Positions 11,970-22,263 of a stretch of 64,000 nucleotides of DNA are shown here, in pieces. The DNA is from Laetmonice hystrix (taxonomy: Eukaryota): assembly GCA_965235115.1 (NCBI GenBank), contig OZ249436.1, forward strand, positions 41,356,001 to 41,420,000. The letters are read 5' to 3'. Position numbers and translations under genes: made by a program. How positions within the stretch are numbered: position 1 is the first letter of the stretch; every line of letters begins with the position of its first letter. Under the pieces are notes generated by a model. That model ran no database searches. It had not been told where the DNA came from and worked only from the letters and a program-made list of their open reading frames with translations.

Positions 11970-12727
11970 CCTACTGCCGATGACCCATACGGCATTTCCA
12001 CCCAGCTGCAACTGTTCATATTTAAACAGAGCTCTCCAAGGAGGGAGACTGTCAACAAACTATTCTTGAAGTCTGTATTAACTTGGAACGCCGGACTTAA
12101 CTAAAATTAACGTACTGTCATATGAATGATTCATGATTAAGCTGGCGTTCATGTAGACATAGTAAGGTGGCTGCATCAGCAGTTTTCTCAACGATTCAGA
12201 ATCACAGGGTTCCTGACAAGATGGAACAGACATTTTAATAGTACCCTGTTAGCCTCGATCGATTGCTTGTCAGTTGTTTAAGGCAACAGCTGAGGTGAGA
12301 ACGTTTAACGTACGTCCTTTTGGGATAAAGACAGAATGTATCACAGGGCCCAATGCCTTACTCCCCCCCCCCCCCACACACACACACAAAGAAAAAAAAA
12401 GAAGAAACCCCAAAACGTTCAACAATCCAAACAATTCACAATGACTAAAACCCCACTTAATTCTAGAAGGATTATGTTCCTTTTCTGCCTGGCTTGATTA
12501 GGACTGCACCCGGTGAACCGCAGCCCCCAGCCCCACCACCATCAGGTGATGTGGGGTAGTGGCACCACCACCACCGCCGGCGCCATGACGCCGGTGGTGC
12601 CTCGGGCACGCTATCGGTGGCACCGGCACATTGCACAACTTCCCCGTGTACACGTGTGTCGCTATCCCTGTCCCTGGTAGTGGTAGGTCCCCATCTTCCT
12701 GCGATTTCCAATCTCCCTACACGCCGC

Positions 12728-13425
12728 CCTCATCATCCGACATCAGTTGACACCTCTCTCCTTAGACCGAGTCCATCAACATGTCACCCTCATCATCCCA
12801 CATCAGTTTGCACCTCTCTCCATAAATGTACACTCCACCAACATGTCACCCTCATTCTCCCCCATCAGTTGACACCTCTCTCCATAGATACACTCCACCA
12901 ACATGTCACCCTCATCCTCACACACCAGTTGACACCTCTCTCCATAGATGTACACTCCACCGACAAGTCACCCTCATTCTCCCACATCAGTTGACACCTC
13001 TCTCCATAGATGTACACTCCACCAACATGTCACCCTCATCCTCACACACCAGTTGACACCTCTCTCCATAGATGTACACTCCACCAACATGTCACCCCCA
13101 TCCTCCCACATCAATTGACACTTCTCTCTATAGATACACTCCACCATCATGTCACCCTCATCCTCACACACCAGTTGACACCTCTCTCCATAGATACACT
13201 CCACCAACATGTCACCCTCATCCTCACACACCAGTTGACACCTCTCTCCATAGATGTACACTCCACCAACATGTCATCCTTATCCTCCCACATCAGTTGA
13301 CACCTCTCTCTATGGATGTATACTCCACCAACATGTCACCCCCATCCTCCCACATCAGTTGACACTTCTCTCTATAGAAGTACCCTCCATCAACATGTCT
13401 CCCTCATCCCCCCATATCAGTTAAC
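12728..13425. repeat. Minisatellite, 60/62-bp unit, ~11 copies
   Basis: Unit caccaacatgtcaccctcatcctcacacaccagttgacacctctctccatagat(gt)acactc, with degenerate ends. Confidence 0.95.
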
Positions 13426-13429
13426 AGCT

Positions 13430-13570
13430 CTTTTCAGAGTTTTACCCTCCATCAACCTGTCTCCCTCGCCACCTCACCCTCCCTGCACCAATATTTATCA
13501 TCACCAGAAAACCGATATCACTCCCGCTGAAATCACTGCTGCTGTAATGAAGTGTAAAAAGTCATCCTCA
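13430..13570 (+). pseudogene. Possible short non-LTR retrotransposon remnant (region just N-terminal of RT domain)
   Basis: Translates to ...PSPPHPPCTNIYHHQKTDITPAEITAAVMKCKKSSS, resembling the IT.EE...A...K..S(PGPD) motif that precedes LINE RT domains. The diagnostic PGPD is absent. Confidence 0.3.
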
Positions 13571-15282
13571 CAAAACATTGCATGATAACAGCAATCAGTG
13601 CAGGAAAATATGTACTGTAACTGAAACCGGCCTTACCGTATCAGTTCATAGGAGTTCATATAAAGTCTTTGAATATTTTTGTAGGCTGGTTAAAGCCATG
13701 CCTACCCTCTCTCCCTCTCTAATGAGGACTGTCACTGTGACAGTAAATGGCTTGGTACAATCTCTCGGTCCAACCAGATCCATCCAGTAGTCAGACATGG
13801 ACTGACTGCCCGTGTCTGTCCACTATTACTGGCCTTATCACATTTCCCACACCAGTAGGAATCGCCATATTTCCAAGTGGGCAATACGGGATTTCCTGAT
13901 TGGATATGAAACCGGAGTATGAGTAACGTTTGGTTGTTTGGTTGTGGTGTACGGAGCAGTGCACTAACCACCAATCTTATATACTACTTATACTTCCACC
14001 ACGAGTAATAGTTATTCCTCCCATATCTCCCCTCGGACTTGTACACGTTACCTAAGCACTAGTCCTTGGATGTATACGGAGTTTTGATTAGTGATTGTGT
14101 ATATATGATTCATAAAATGGATTCCTGGAGCTATTCCTTGTTGTGCCGCCGGTGTCGGGTATAACGGCCACCAAGGTTTGGCCCCAATGTGGCGGCTCAA
14201 ACACCCATCTCTGATTGATAACATGTAGAGTTAGGAGCGGAAAGCACAGAACAACCCAGCGACAACCCACAATAGAGTTAAATGTCATATCAGTCAGGTC
14301 GTCTGATTCCTGAAGACTGTATGACATGCTAAAACTGGCCGTCTGGCCACAGAATATTCTGTGGTCTGGCTCGCAACCACTGAGCAGACACACCGGCCCC
14401 CGCGACCTCATGTGACTGAATGCATTAATCATTCATCGATAAATCATGAGGCTAGATACAGTATCTAACATACGGACAATAATTATCCTGCGGGACAACT
14501 GGGATACAGCTGTAACCTTTCAGAGTACTTAAGGGAGTAAACCATAAGGTTTGGTTTAAACGTTCATAGTTCGTACGTCTCGCCTTGTATAGGGCAGTAC
14601 CAGCTGTCAGTTCAGACCTGCACGTACGATCCCAGCCACTGGCCAGTCGGGACCATTTGAGGCACAGAGCTACCCCACCCCCTTCCCCCTCCAATTCTCT
14701 AGTGCTCTCCCCGACTCCACCCCCCCCCCCCCCCAAAAAAAAAACACCTCATCGACCAATCAGTTTATCAGAGGGAAATATGAATCCCTGTCTAGGAAAA
14801 CCAGCCGGTTGCCATCAAACCCCGTTAATGCTCAGAGTTGGCAGTATGTACAACTGTGAAACGCTAGAGTAAAACTTTAAAGTCAATCTCTGACAACTGC
14901 TGTAGGCTAGTAGGAAGGTGGGACGGAGGATACGACTGTAATTTTGTCCGGCGGGTTCAATCTGGCATGACATATACAATGGGGCATGGGAAAAATGGAA
15001 ATATTCCACATTCTTTACCCAAGCAGGACGTACACTGCTAACTGAACTGCTGGAACCCCTTGAAGCTGTTAAAAGGGTACCACGTCTTCACTTTAAATGC
15101 TAATTTTTACCATCGCCCGCAGTTCAACAAGCCAGAGACTGTGGCTCATCAAATACTGTGCATCTCAGAATGACAAGAAATTTCCTGTTCATATTGTCTC
15201 CAGCAGCCGCTACCTAATACCAACTGCCTTGTTTGTATCATTGGTACACGTGTAACCTCCTGAACACGTTCTTCCTGCCCAG

Positions 15283-15458
15283 GCCCCGGTTTTTAGTTTG
15301 CAAACCGAGTCTTAAGATTCAAATCTTAAGACGGAACTCTTGTTTCAGAGCTGCTGCTTGGTCCTTCAAATGAAGTCAGCCAATGAGAGACTATAATACA
15401 AGTCAGTCTTAAAATTTCAGTCTTAAGATTGGTAAAATGACGAACTAAAAACCGGGCC
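15283..15458. mobile_element. MITE, PIF/Harbinger-like, 176 bp, CAG TSD
   Basis: TIR gccccggtttttagtt vs reverse complement of aactaaaaaccgggcc (15/16). cag at 15280-15282 and 15459-15461. Internal tcttaagatt motifs shared with 7781-7916. Confidence 0.8.
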
Positions 15459-16379
15459 CAGGTGCCAGCCCCGTATTACATCAAACCTGGCGTGTTCAAG
15501 ATACAGTACAACCTGCCGTTATCGTAGATCCCATCGTGTTTTCGGTCTGTGCCATAGCAGCGAGCCTTCAGCAGGCAGATTCTATAACCTACGAAATATA
15601 TTACTGTCTGTGTGCGATTCTTCTCGATTTTTTTTTATCAACGGACCTTCATGGTGATGCATCACTTGCTGCCATTCATCCAATGGCGATTGTTTTCAGC
15701 CTCGACATACATCTTATCTGTCCTGGCGAATCTGCAGCTCTCTAGTTCATGCATGTATGTGTCCTCTTTCAAACTGCAGCCTTTTGTCCAGTAGACGTAA
15801 ACCATGACTTACATACTTGCTTTATACTGCTTCTTGGCACACATTTTCAGAGTCAGGGAGGACAACCATGCAAATATTGCAGCAAGGATTCCATCCTTTA
15901 AACTGAAACTGCAAGGAAAATCGCCCCAAGGATTCAGCCCTTTACAAAGACAAACTAAACTGGACATAAAAGCGAACGTGTTGGGTAAAAATGTCGTAAC
16001 TATTTCAACAGATGAGAAGGATCGTCCGGCTGAGTGTAAATCAGAATTATCCAGTGAAAAATAATCCACAAAAGGAAGGCATCGTGTCGACTGATCCGCA
16101 CTCACGTGCCCTATCAAAAGAAAGGGTTCATCGTTTGCTTTTCTAAAAAGATTTCGCATTATTTCCGAGCCTAATTTGTGCCTCCTGGTTCCGTGAGAGA
16201 ATGAACCAATCACGTGCTGCAGTGAGAACATGAAAGACCAGGACTGGTCCATTAGCACGTTCCTCCGTTTATTTGTCAGCGATTTTGTCTTTGACTGTGA
16301 AGAAAAAAGGAAGGAAGTTCACTTGTTATATAATTTACGAACTGCACAGGGGCATGAATACCAGTGGAACATACTTTTC

Positions 16380-16393
16380 CCACCAGAGGGCAG
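16380..16393 (+). promoter_or_regulatory. Candidate CTCF-binding site
   Basis: ccaccagagggcag closely matches the CTCF core CCAC(C/T)AG(A/G)GGGC(A/G). Motif match only. Confidence 0.4.
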
Positions 16394-17153
16394 TGGCGTT
16401 TAGTACATTGTTTCATTAAGTCGCTCGCAGCAGTCTCGTTATGATAGCGTTCATCAGGCCGAACTGAGACTCTTCATCCGGGTGTTTGATAATCTTAGAT
16501 ACGGTCCTGTCGCTGCTTCATTTAGTGCCAGTAAGTACGGTTGCTATCAGTACTTTTCTAATGGATCTTTTAATGTTAACCATGCGTGCTTACTCACATG
16601 TTATAGCGGGAAACCATGTGAAAAATAGCCTTGTTAAATTAATCTGCAGCATAATCTTCAAATTGAACATTTTGATGGAATTTTTTTTTATCCCTGGAAC
16701 CATTATGAATTTGTTTTTCTCAAAAACTTATAGGAAGTCAATAGAAAATAATCACATACATCATGGCACTATACATAAAAGAGCACTTACCTCACACATA
16801 TGACTACACAGAAATTGATGAAAAATACTGTTTCTAAAAAGGACATCAATATGGCTGCAACCCTGGAACAGAACAAAAGAGAAGGCAAGCCATTAGCACA
16901 ACACGGTCCGACAAAAAAACATGCATTTTAGCTAGTAGAGCTGTCCGTCATATACATGTACTGGCTAATAAGTAGATAGGAAAATAAGTGGCACAGAAAT
17001 ACATGAAACCCTCACCGATAGATTCTGTAGTCACTTTACATGACAACAGCTAAACCACAGAATACACAGCAAAGTACCACATCTGAGTAAATAATCCGTA
17101 TAGGGCGCTAAATACAAATATCCAACTCGTTTAGATGGTGGGATTTCTTGTAT

Positions 17154-17278
17154 GTGCCACACAGCCCAGACACGGCCAGCCATGTCTGGCGCGCTGTGTG
17201 GCACGGGATTCGAACCACCCGGGATATACAATACTGGTTCACAGCGTTCTAGTACCTCGACACCCACGGCTAACGCCA
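17154..17278 (-). mobile_element. Possible tRNA-derived SINE head followed by a 51-bp hairpin
   Basis: Minus strand has a perfect Pol III B-box GGTTCGAATCCC (17216-17205) with a weak A-box-like tagccgtgggt ~55 bp upstream. No cloverleaf could be built. Confidence 0.35.
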
Positions 17279-18062
17279 TCTTCCCATGGTACTTCATGTC
17301 CAGAAATGCCTTTTTAAATTCATGAAAAAAAGGAGAGAAATCAGTTGCGAAGTGAAACGTGAAGCAATATCCCTTGATGGATTCCATCTTACAACTTCGT
17401 AATACTCCGAGTGAGAACACGAATGAGTGGCTCAAAATATCAAGGCATGATGAGCGTGGGACTGAAAAAAAAATCCTTTAATAATTTAAATTTTAAATGT
17501 TCCATCTAGACAGGTCAATAAAATCATAACATTGATATATCTCATACAATACCGACGACCTTAACCCACCGCTTCCAATAACCGTCTCCCTCCCATCCCA
17601 ACCACGCGATCACTGAAGAAAATTCAATCTCATCGTTTCCCAGTGGCTCATTAAATGTGCAGCATCCAATTGCCTTTATACCTCACCCCTGTCATACAGA
17701 TTAATGACAAAATGGACCGAATGACTTTAACCAGCTTCATTCTGATTCTCCCATTACTGATGTTGCGACAGGACTTAGCCATATAACACAACATCGATCA
17801 AGTCTGTCCCCTCAAAGGAAATACCCAATCTATCCTAAATCAGGTGACTATACTACTCTGACACAACGTCTTCCGAAGACTTTAATCGGCGTTGGTCGAC
17901 GCCACTTCTTCTATCTACTTGTAAGCTGACAAACCCAAGTATTATATTCTGTCAAGGTTACGTACTGGTTTTCATTCAGGACCCTAGTCAAAATGCAGCG
18001 CCAGCTCAGATAATGCACTTGCTTGGACATAGTTCCAAGAATTTGGCTGTAAAGATGGCCAG

Positions 18063-18294
18063 GGATTGGTCCGAGATATTCAGTTTTGAGAGCAGACAAT
18101 CAGCTCAGGGACTCTGAAATTGGACGGGGACTCTTGATTGGCTGGATGGAGTCCGATTGGCTAGATAATTTTGATAAAATTGAGGGAAAGCGACTAGATG
18201 TAGAACTTGTACTGGCAGTAAGGAATGTGATTGGCTGGAGAGACTGATGGGATTGTCGAGTTGTCATAGCAGGAGGGGGGATTTGATTGGCTGG
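18063..18294. promoter_or_regulatory. Cluster of co-oriented CCAAT (NF-Y-type) boxes
   Basis: gattggct at 18136, 18155, 18229 and 18285, plus gattggt at 18063. Confidence 0.3.
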
Positions 18295-18411
18295 TCACCA
18301 GGAAAGAGTGAGGTCAAGTCGGTGAAAGCTTGTAGTACTATAGTTGGTAGGATCCCTTCATCCCAGTTACAGGCCTTCAAAGATGAAACTCACGGTTATC
18401 TTTCTACCCTA

Positions 18412-21004
18412 CCTCCCTGCCGCTTGGATAAACTCTCACCCACCGACCCGGTCTTCCCCAAACTCCCACACTCCCTCCCTGCCCCTTGGATAAACTCTCA
18501 CCCACCGACCCGGTCTTCCCCAAACTCCCACACTCCCTCCCTGCCCCTTGGATAAACTCTCACCCACCGACCCGGTCTTCCCCAAACTCCCACACTCCCT
18601 CCCTGCCGCTTGGATAAACTCTCACCCACCGACCCGGTCTTCCCCGAACTCCCACACTCCCTCCCTGCCGCTTGGATAAACTCTCACCCACCGACCCGGT
18701 CTTCCCCAAACTCCCACACTCCCTCCCTGCCGCTTGGATAAACTCTCACCCACCGACCCGGTCTTCCCCAAACTCCCACACTCCCTCCCTGCCGCTTGGA
18801 TAAACTCTCACCCATCGACCCGGTCTTCCCCAAACTCCCACACTCCCTCCCTGCCGCTTGGATAAACTCTCACCCACCGACCCGGTCTTCCCCAAACTCC
18901 CACACTCCCTCCCTGCCGCTTGGATAAACTCTCACCCACCGACCCGGTCGTCCCCAAACTCCCACACTCCCTCCCTGCCGCTTGGATAAACTCTCACCCA
19001 CCGACCCGGTCTTCCCCAAACTCCCACACTCCCTCCCTGCCGCTTGGATAAACTCTCACCCATCGACCCGGTCTTCCCTAAACTCCCACACTCCCTCACT
19101 GCCCCTTGGATAAACTCTCACCCACCGACCCGGTCTTCCCCAAACTCCCTCCCTGCCCCTTGGATAAACTCTCACCCACCGACCCGGTCTTCCCCAAACT
19201 CCCACACTCCCTCCCTGCCGCTTGGATAAACTCTCACCCATCGACCCGGTCTTCCCTAAACTCCCACACTCCCTCACTGCCCCTTGGATAAACTCTCACC
19301 CACCGACCCGGTCTTCCCCAAACTCCCTCCCTGCCCCTTGGATAAACTCTCACCCACCGACCCGGTCTTCCCCAAACTCCCACACTCCCTCCCTGCCCTT
19401 TGGATAAACTCTCACCCACCGACCCGGTCTTTCCCAAACTCCCACACTCCCTCCCTGCCCCTTGGATAAACTCTCACCAACCGACCCGGTCTTCCCCAAA
19501 CTCCCACATTCCCTCCCTGCCGCTTGGATAAACTCTCACCCACCGACCAGGTCTTCCCCAAACTCCCACACTCCCTCCCTGCCGCTTGGATAAACTCTCA
19601 CCCACCGACCCGGTCTTCCCCAAACTCCCACACTCCCTCCCTGCCGCTTGGATAAACTCTCACCCACCGACCCGGTCTTCCCCAAACTCCCACACTCCCT
19701 CCCTGCCGCTTGGATAAACTCTCACCCACCGACCCGGTCTTCCCCAAACTCCCACACTCCCTCCCTGCCGCTTGGATAAACTCTCACCCACCGACCCGGT
19801 CTTCCCCAAACTCCCACACTCCCTCCCTGCCGCTTGGATAAACTCTCACCCACCGACCCGGTCGTCCCCAAACTCCCACACTCCCTCCCTGCCGCTTGGA
19901 TAAACTCTCACCCACCGACCCGGTCTTCCCCAAACTCCCACACTCCCTCCCTGCCCCTTGGATAAACTCTCACCCACCGACCCGGTCTTCCCCAAACTCC
20001 CACACTCCCTCCCTGCCGCTTGGATAAACTCTCACCCACCGACCCGGTCGTCCCCAAACTCCCAGACTCCCTCCCTGCCGCTTGGATAAACTCTCACCCA
20101 CCGACCCGGTCTTCCCCAAACTCCCACACTCCCTCCCTGCCGCTTGGATAAACTCTCACCCACCGACCCGGTCTTCCCCAAACTCCCACACTCCCTCCCT
20201 GCCCCTTGGATAAACTCTCACCCACCGACCCGGTCGTCCCCAAACTCCCACACTCCCTCCCTGCCGCTTGGATAAACTCTCACCCACCGACCCGGTCTTC
20301 CCCAAACTCCCACACTCCCTCCCTGCCGCTTGGATAAACTCTCACCCACCGACCCGGTCTTCCCCAAACTCCCACACTCCCTCCCTGCCGCTTGGATAAA
20401 CTCTCACCCACCGACCCGGTCGTCCCCAAACTCCCACACTCCCTCCCTGCCCCTTGGATAAACTCTCACCCACCGACCCGGTCTTCCCCAAACTCCCACA
20501 CTCCCTCCCTGCCGCTTGGATAAACTCTCACCCACCGACCCGGTCTTCCCCAAACTCCCACACTCCCTCCCTGCCGCTTGGATAAACTCTCACCCACCGA
20601 CCCGGTCTTCCCCAAACTCCCACACTCCCTCCCTGCCCCTTGGATAAACTCTCACCCACCGACCCGGTCTTCCCAAAACTCCCACACTCCCTCCCTGCCG
20701 CTTGGATAAACTCTCACCCACCGACCCGGTCTTCCCCAAACTCCCACACTCCCTCCCTGCCCCTTGGATAAACTCTCACCCACCGACCCGGTCTTCCCCA
20801 AACTCCCACACTCCCTCCCTGCCGCTTGGATAAACTCTCACCCACCGACCCGGTCTTCCCCAAACTCCCACACTCCCTCCCTGCCCCTTGGATAAACTCT
20901 CACCCACCGACCCGGTCTTCCCCAAACTCCCACACTCCCTCCCTGCCCCTTGGATAAACTCTCACCCACCGACCCGGTCGTCCCCAAACGCCCACACTCC
21001 CTGC
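18412..21004. repeat. Minisatellite, 62-bp unit, ~42 copies, strongly C-rich on + strand
   Basis: Unit ctccctgc(cg/cc)cttggataaactctcacccaccgacccggtcttccccaaactcccacactcc. Period 62, with two 54-bp deletion variants. Confidence 0.98.
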
Positions 21005-22020
21005 ATTTATCACCAAACGGGACCCGCGGGGGGCAGGCGTAATGATCCAATACATAAAGCGAGAAAAAAAAGTCGGATTTCTATCAATTGATGTGGAGTA
21101 AGGTGCACGTGTGAGCATGAAGCGAGGAGCTTGGTTGGGTCGGCATCGTTATCTATTACTGTCAGCGATCAATACTAGAGGCTGTCGGACTGGCCAAGAT
21201 GGCCCGATACCTCTCAGCCGACCCCGCCTAGCTCTGATCGGATCTCTGCTCATGGCTGGTTAGTGCGCTTCTTATTCTTGTTAACTGGTGTAACGCTGTG
21301 AGTGTGGCCCTCATGGGACCCATTAGGGGGCGTGGGAATCCCTGGACAATACCCCCGACCCCTCCCCTGTAACGGGAACACCGTCACAGCATCACCTAAG
21401 TGGCGATCAATGGTACACTTGGAGATACTCGGGTACGTAGATGGAATCTGACCAGTTAACGGTAGACAACCACGAATCCCCGATGGTCTTAGATGGTGGT
21501 GGTGGGGAGGGGGGGGGGGGTCAGTCAGGGGGAAAAATCAACTTTTCAACCGGTAGAATTATCGCAGTTCATGTTCGACCACGAATTTCAAGGGATAAAG
21601 TCTCATCAGACACTGTATTACATACATGCTGATCTTAAAGTCAGTTCTCATCCACAGCCCAAGTCATGTTGTATCTGCACATGCAGATTTGTCAAATCCA
21701 AGACAAGTCCATATAGGACAGCCATTTGATTAACTCGGCCTTGCTGTTGGCTGATAGGAATCGGTCACCCCTGCACTTGACATGTTCTGTCCTTGTACCG
21801 TGGATGAAAGTAAATGGTTCGTACAGCAGAGATAGGAGTTTTCCATTAACATCCACTGCAGGCTGTGAACTGCCAAATGAGATATGCTTGCAAACGAGTT
21901 CAACCTATGCTATAGCTTAAACCCGTGAAGGTAGGAATACAGTTAGAGAAATGAAAAAATAAACTGCTTTCAATGGCTAAAACCACGAGCAAATCATCAT
22001 TCTTCTCATCAACCGGGAGC

Positions 22021-22263
22021 GTATTTCAAATATCAAGCATGCCAGTAGTATAGGAAAATGGTATTTCAAATAACAAGCATGCCAGTAGTATAGGAATATG
22101 GTATTTCAAATAACAAGCATGCCAGTAGTATAGGAAAATGGTATTTCAAATCCCAAGCATGCCAGCAGTATAGGAAAATGGTATTGCAAATCCCAAGCAT
22201 GCCAGTAGTATAGGAAAATGGTATTTCAAATAACAAGCATGCCAGTAGTATAGGAAAATGGTG
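22021..22263. repeat. Minisatellite, 40-bp unit, 6 copies
   Basis: Unit gtatttcaaataacaagcatgccagtagtataggaaaatg. Confidence 0.97.

Noticed and set aside
18405..21010. 62-bp unit as a tandemly amplified exon (AG at one array end, GT at the other on the minus strand)
   Set aside because: No polypyrimidine tract, unit length is not a multiple of 3 and one frame has a stop. Terminal ctccctgc microhomology explains the boundaries.
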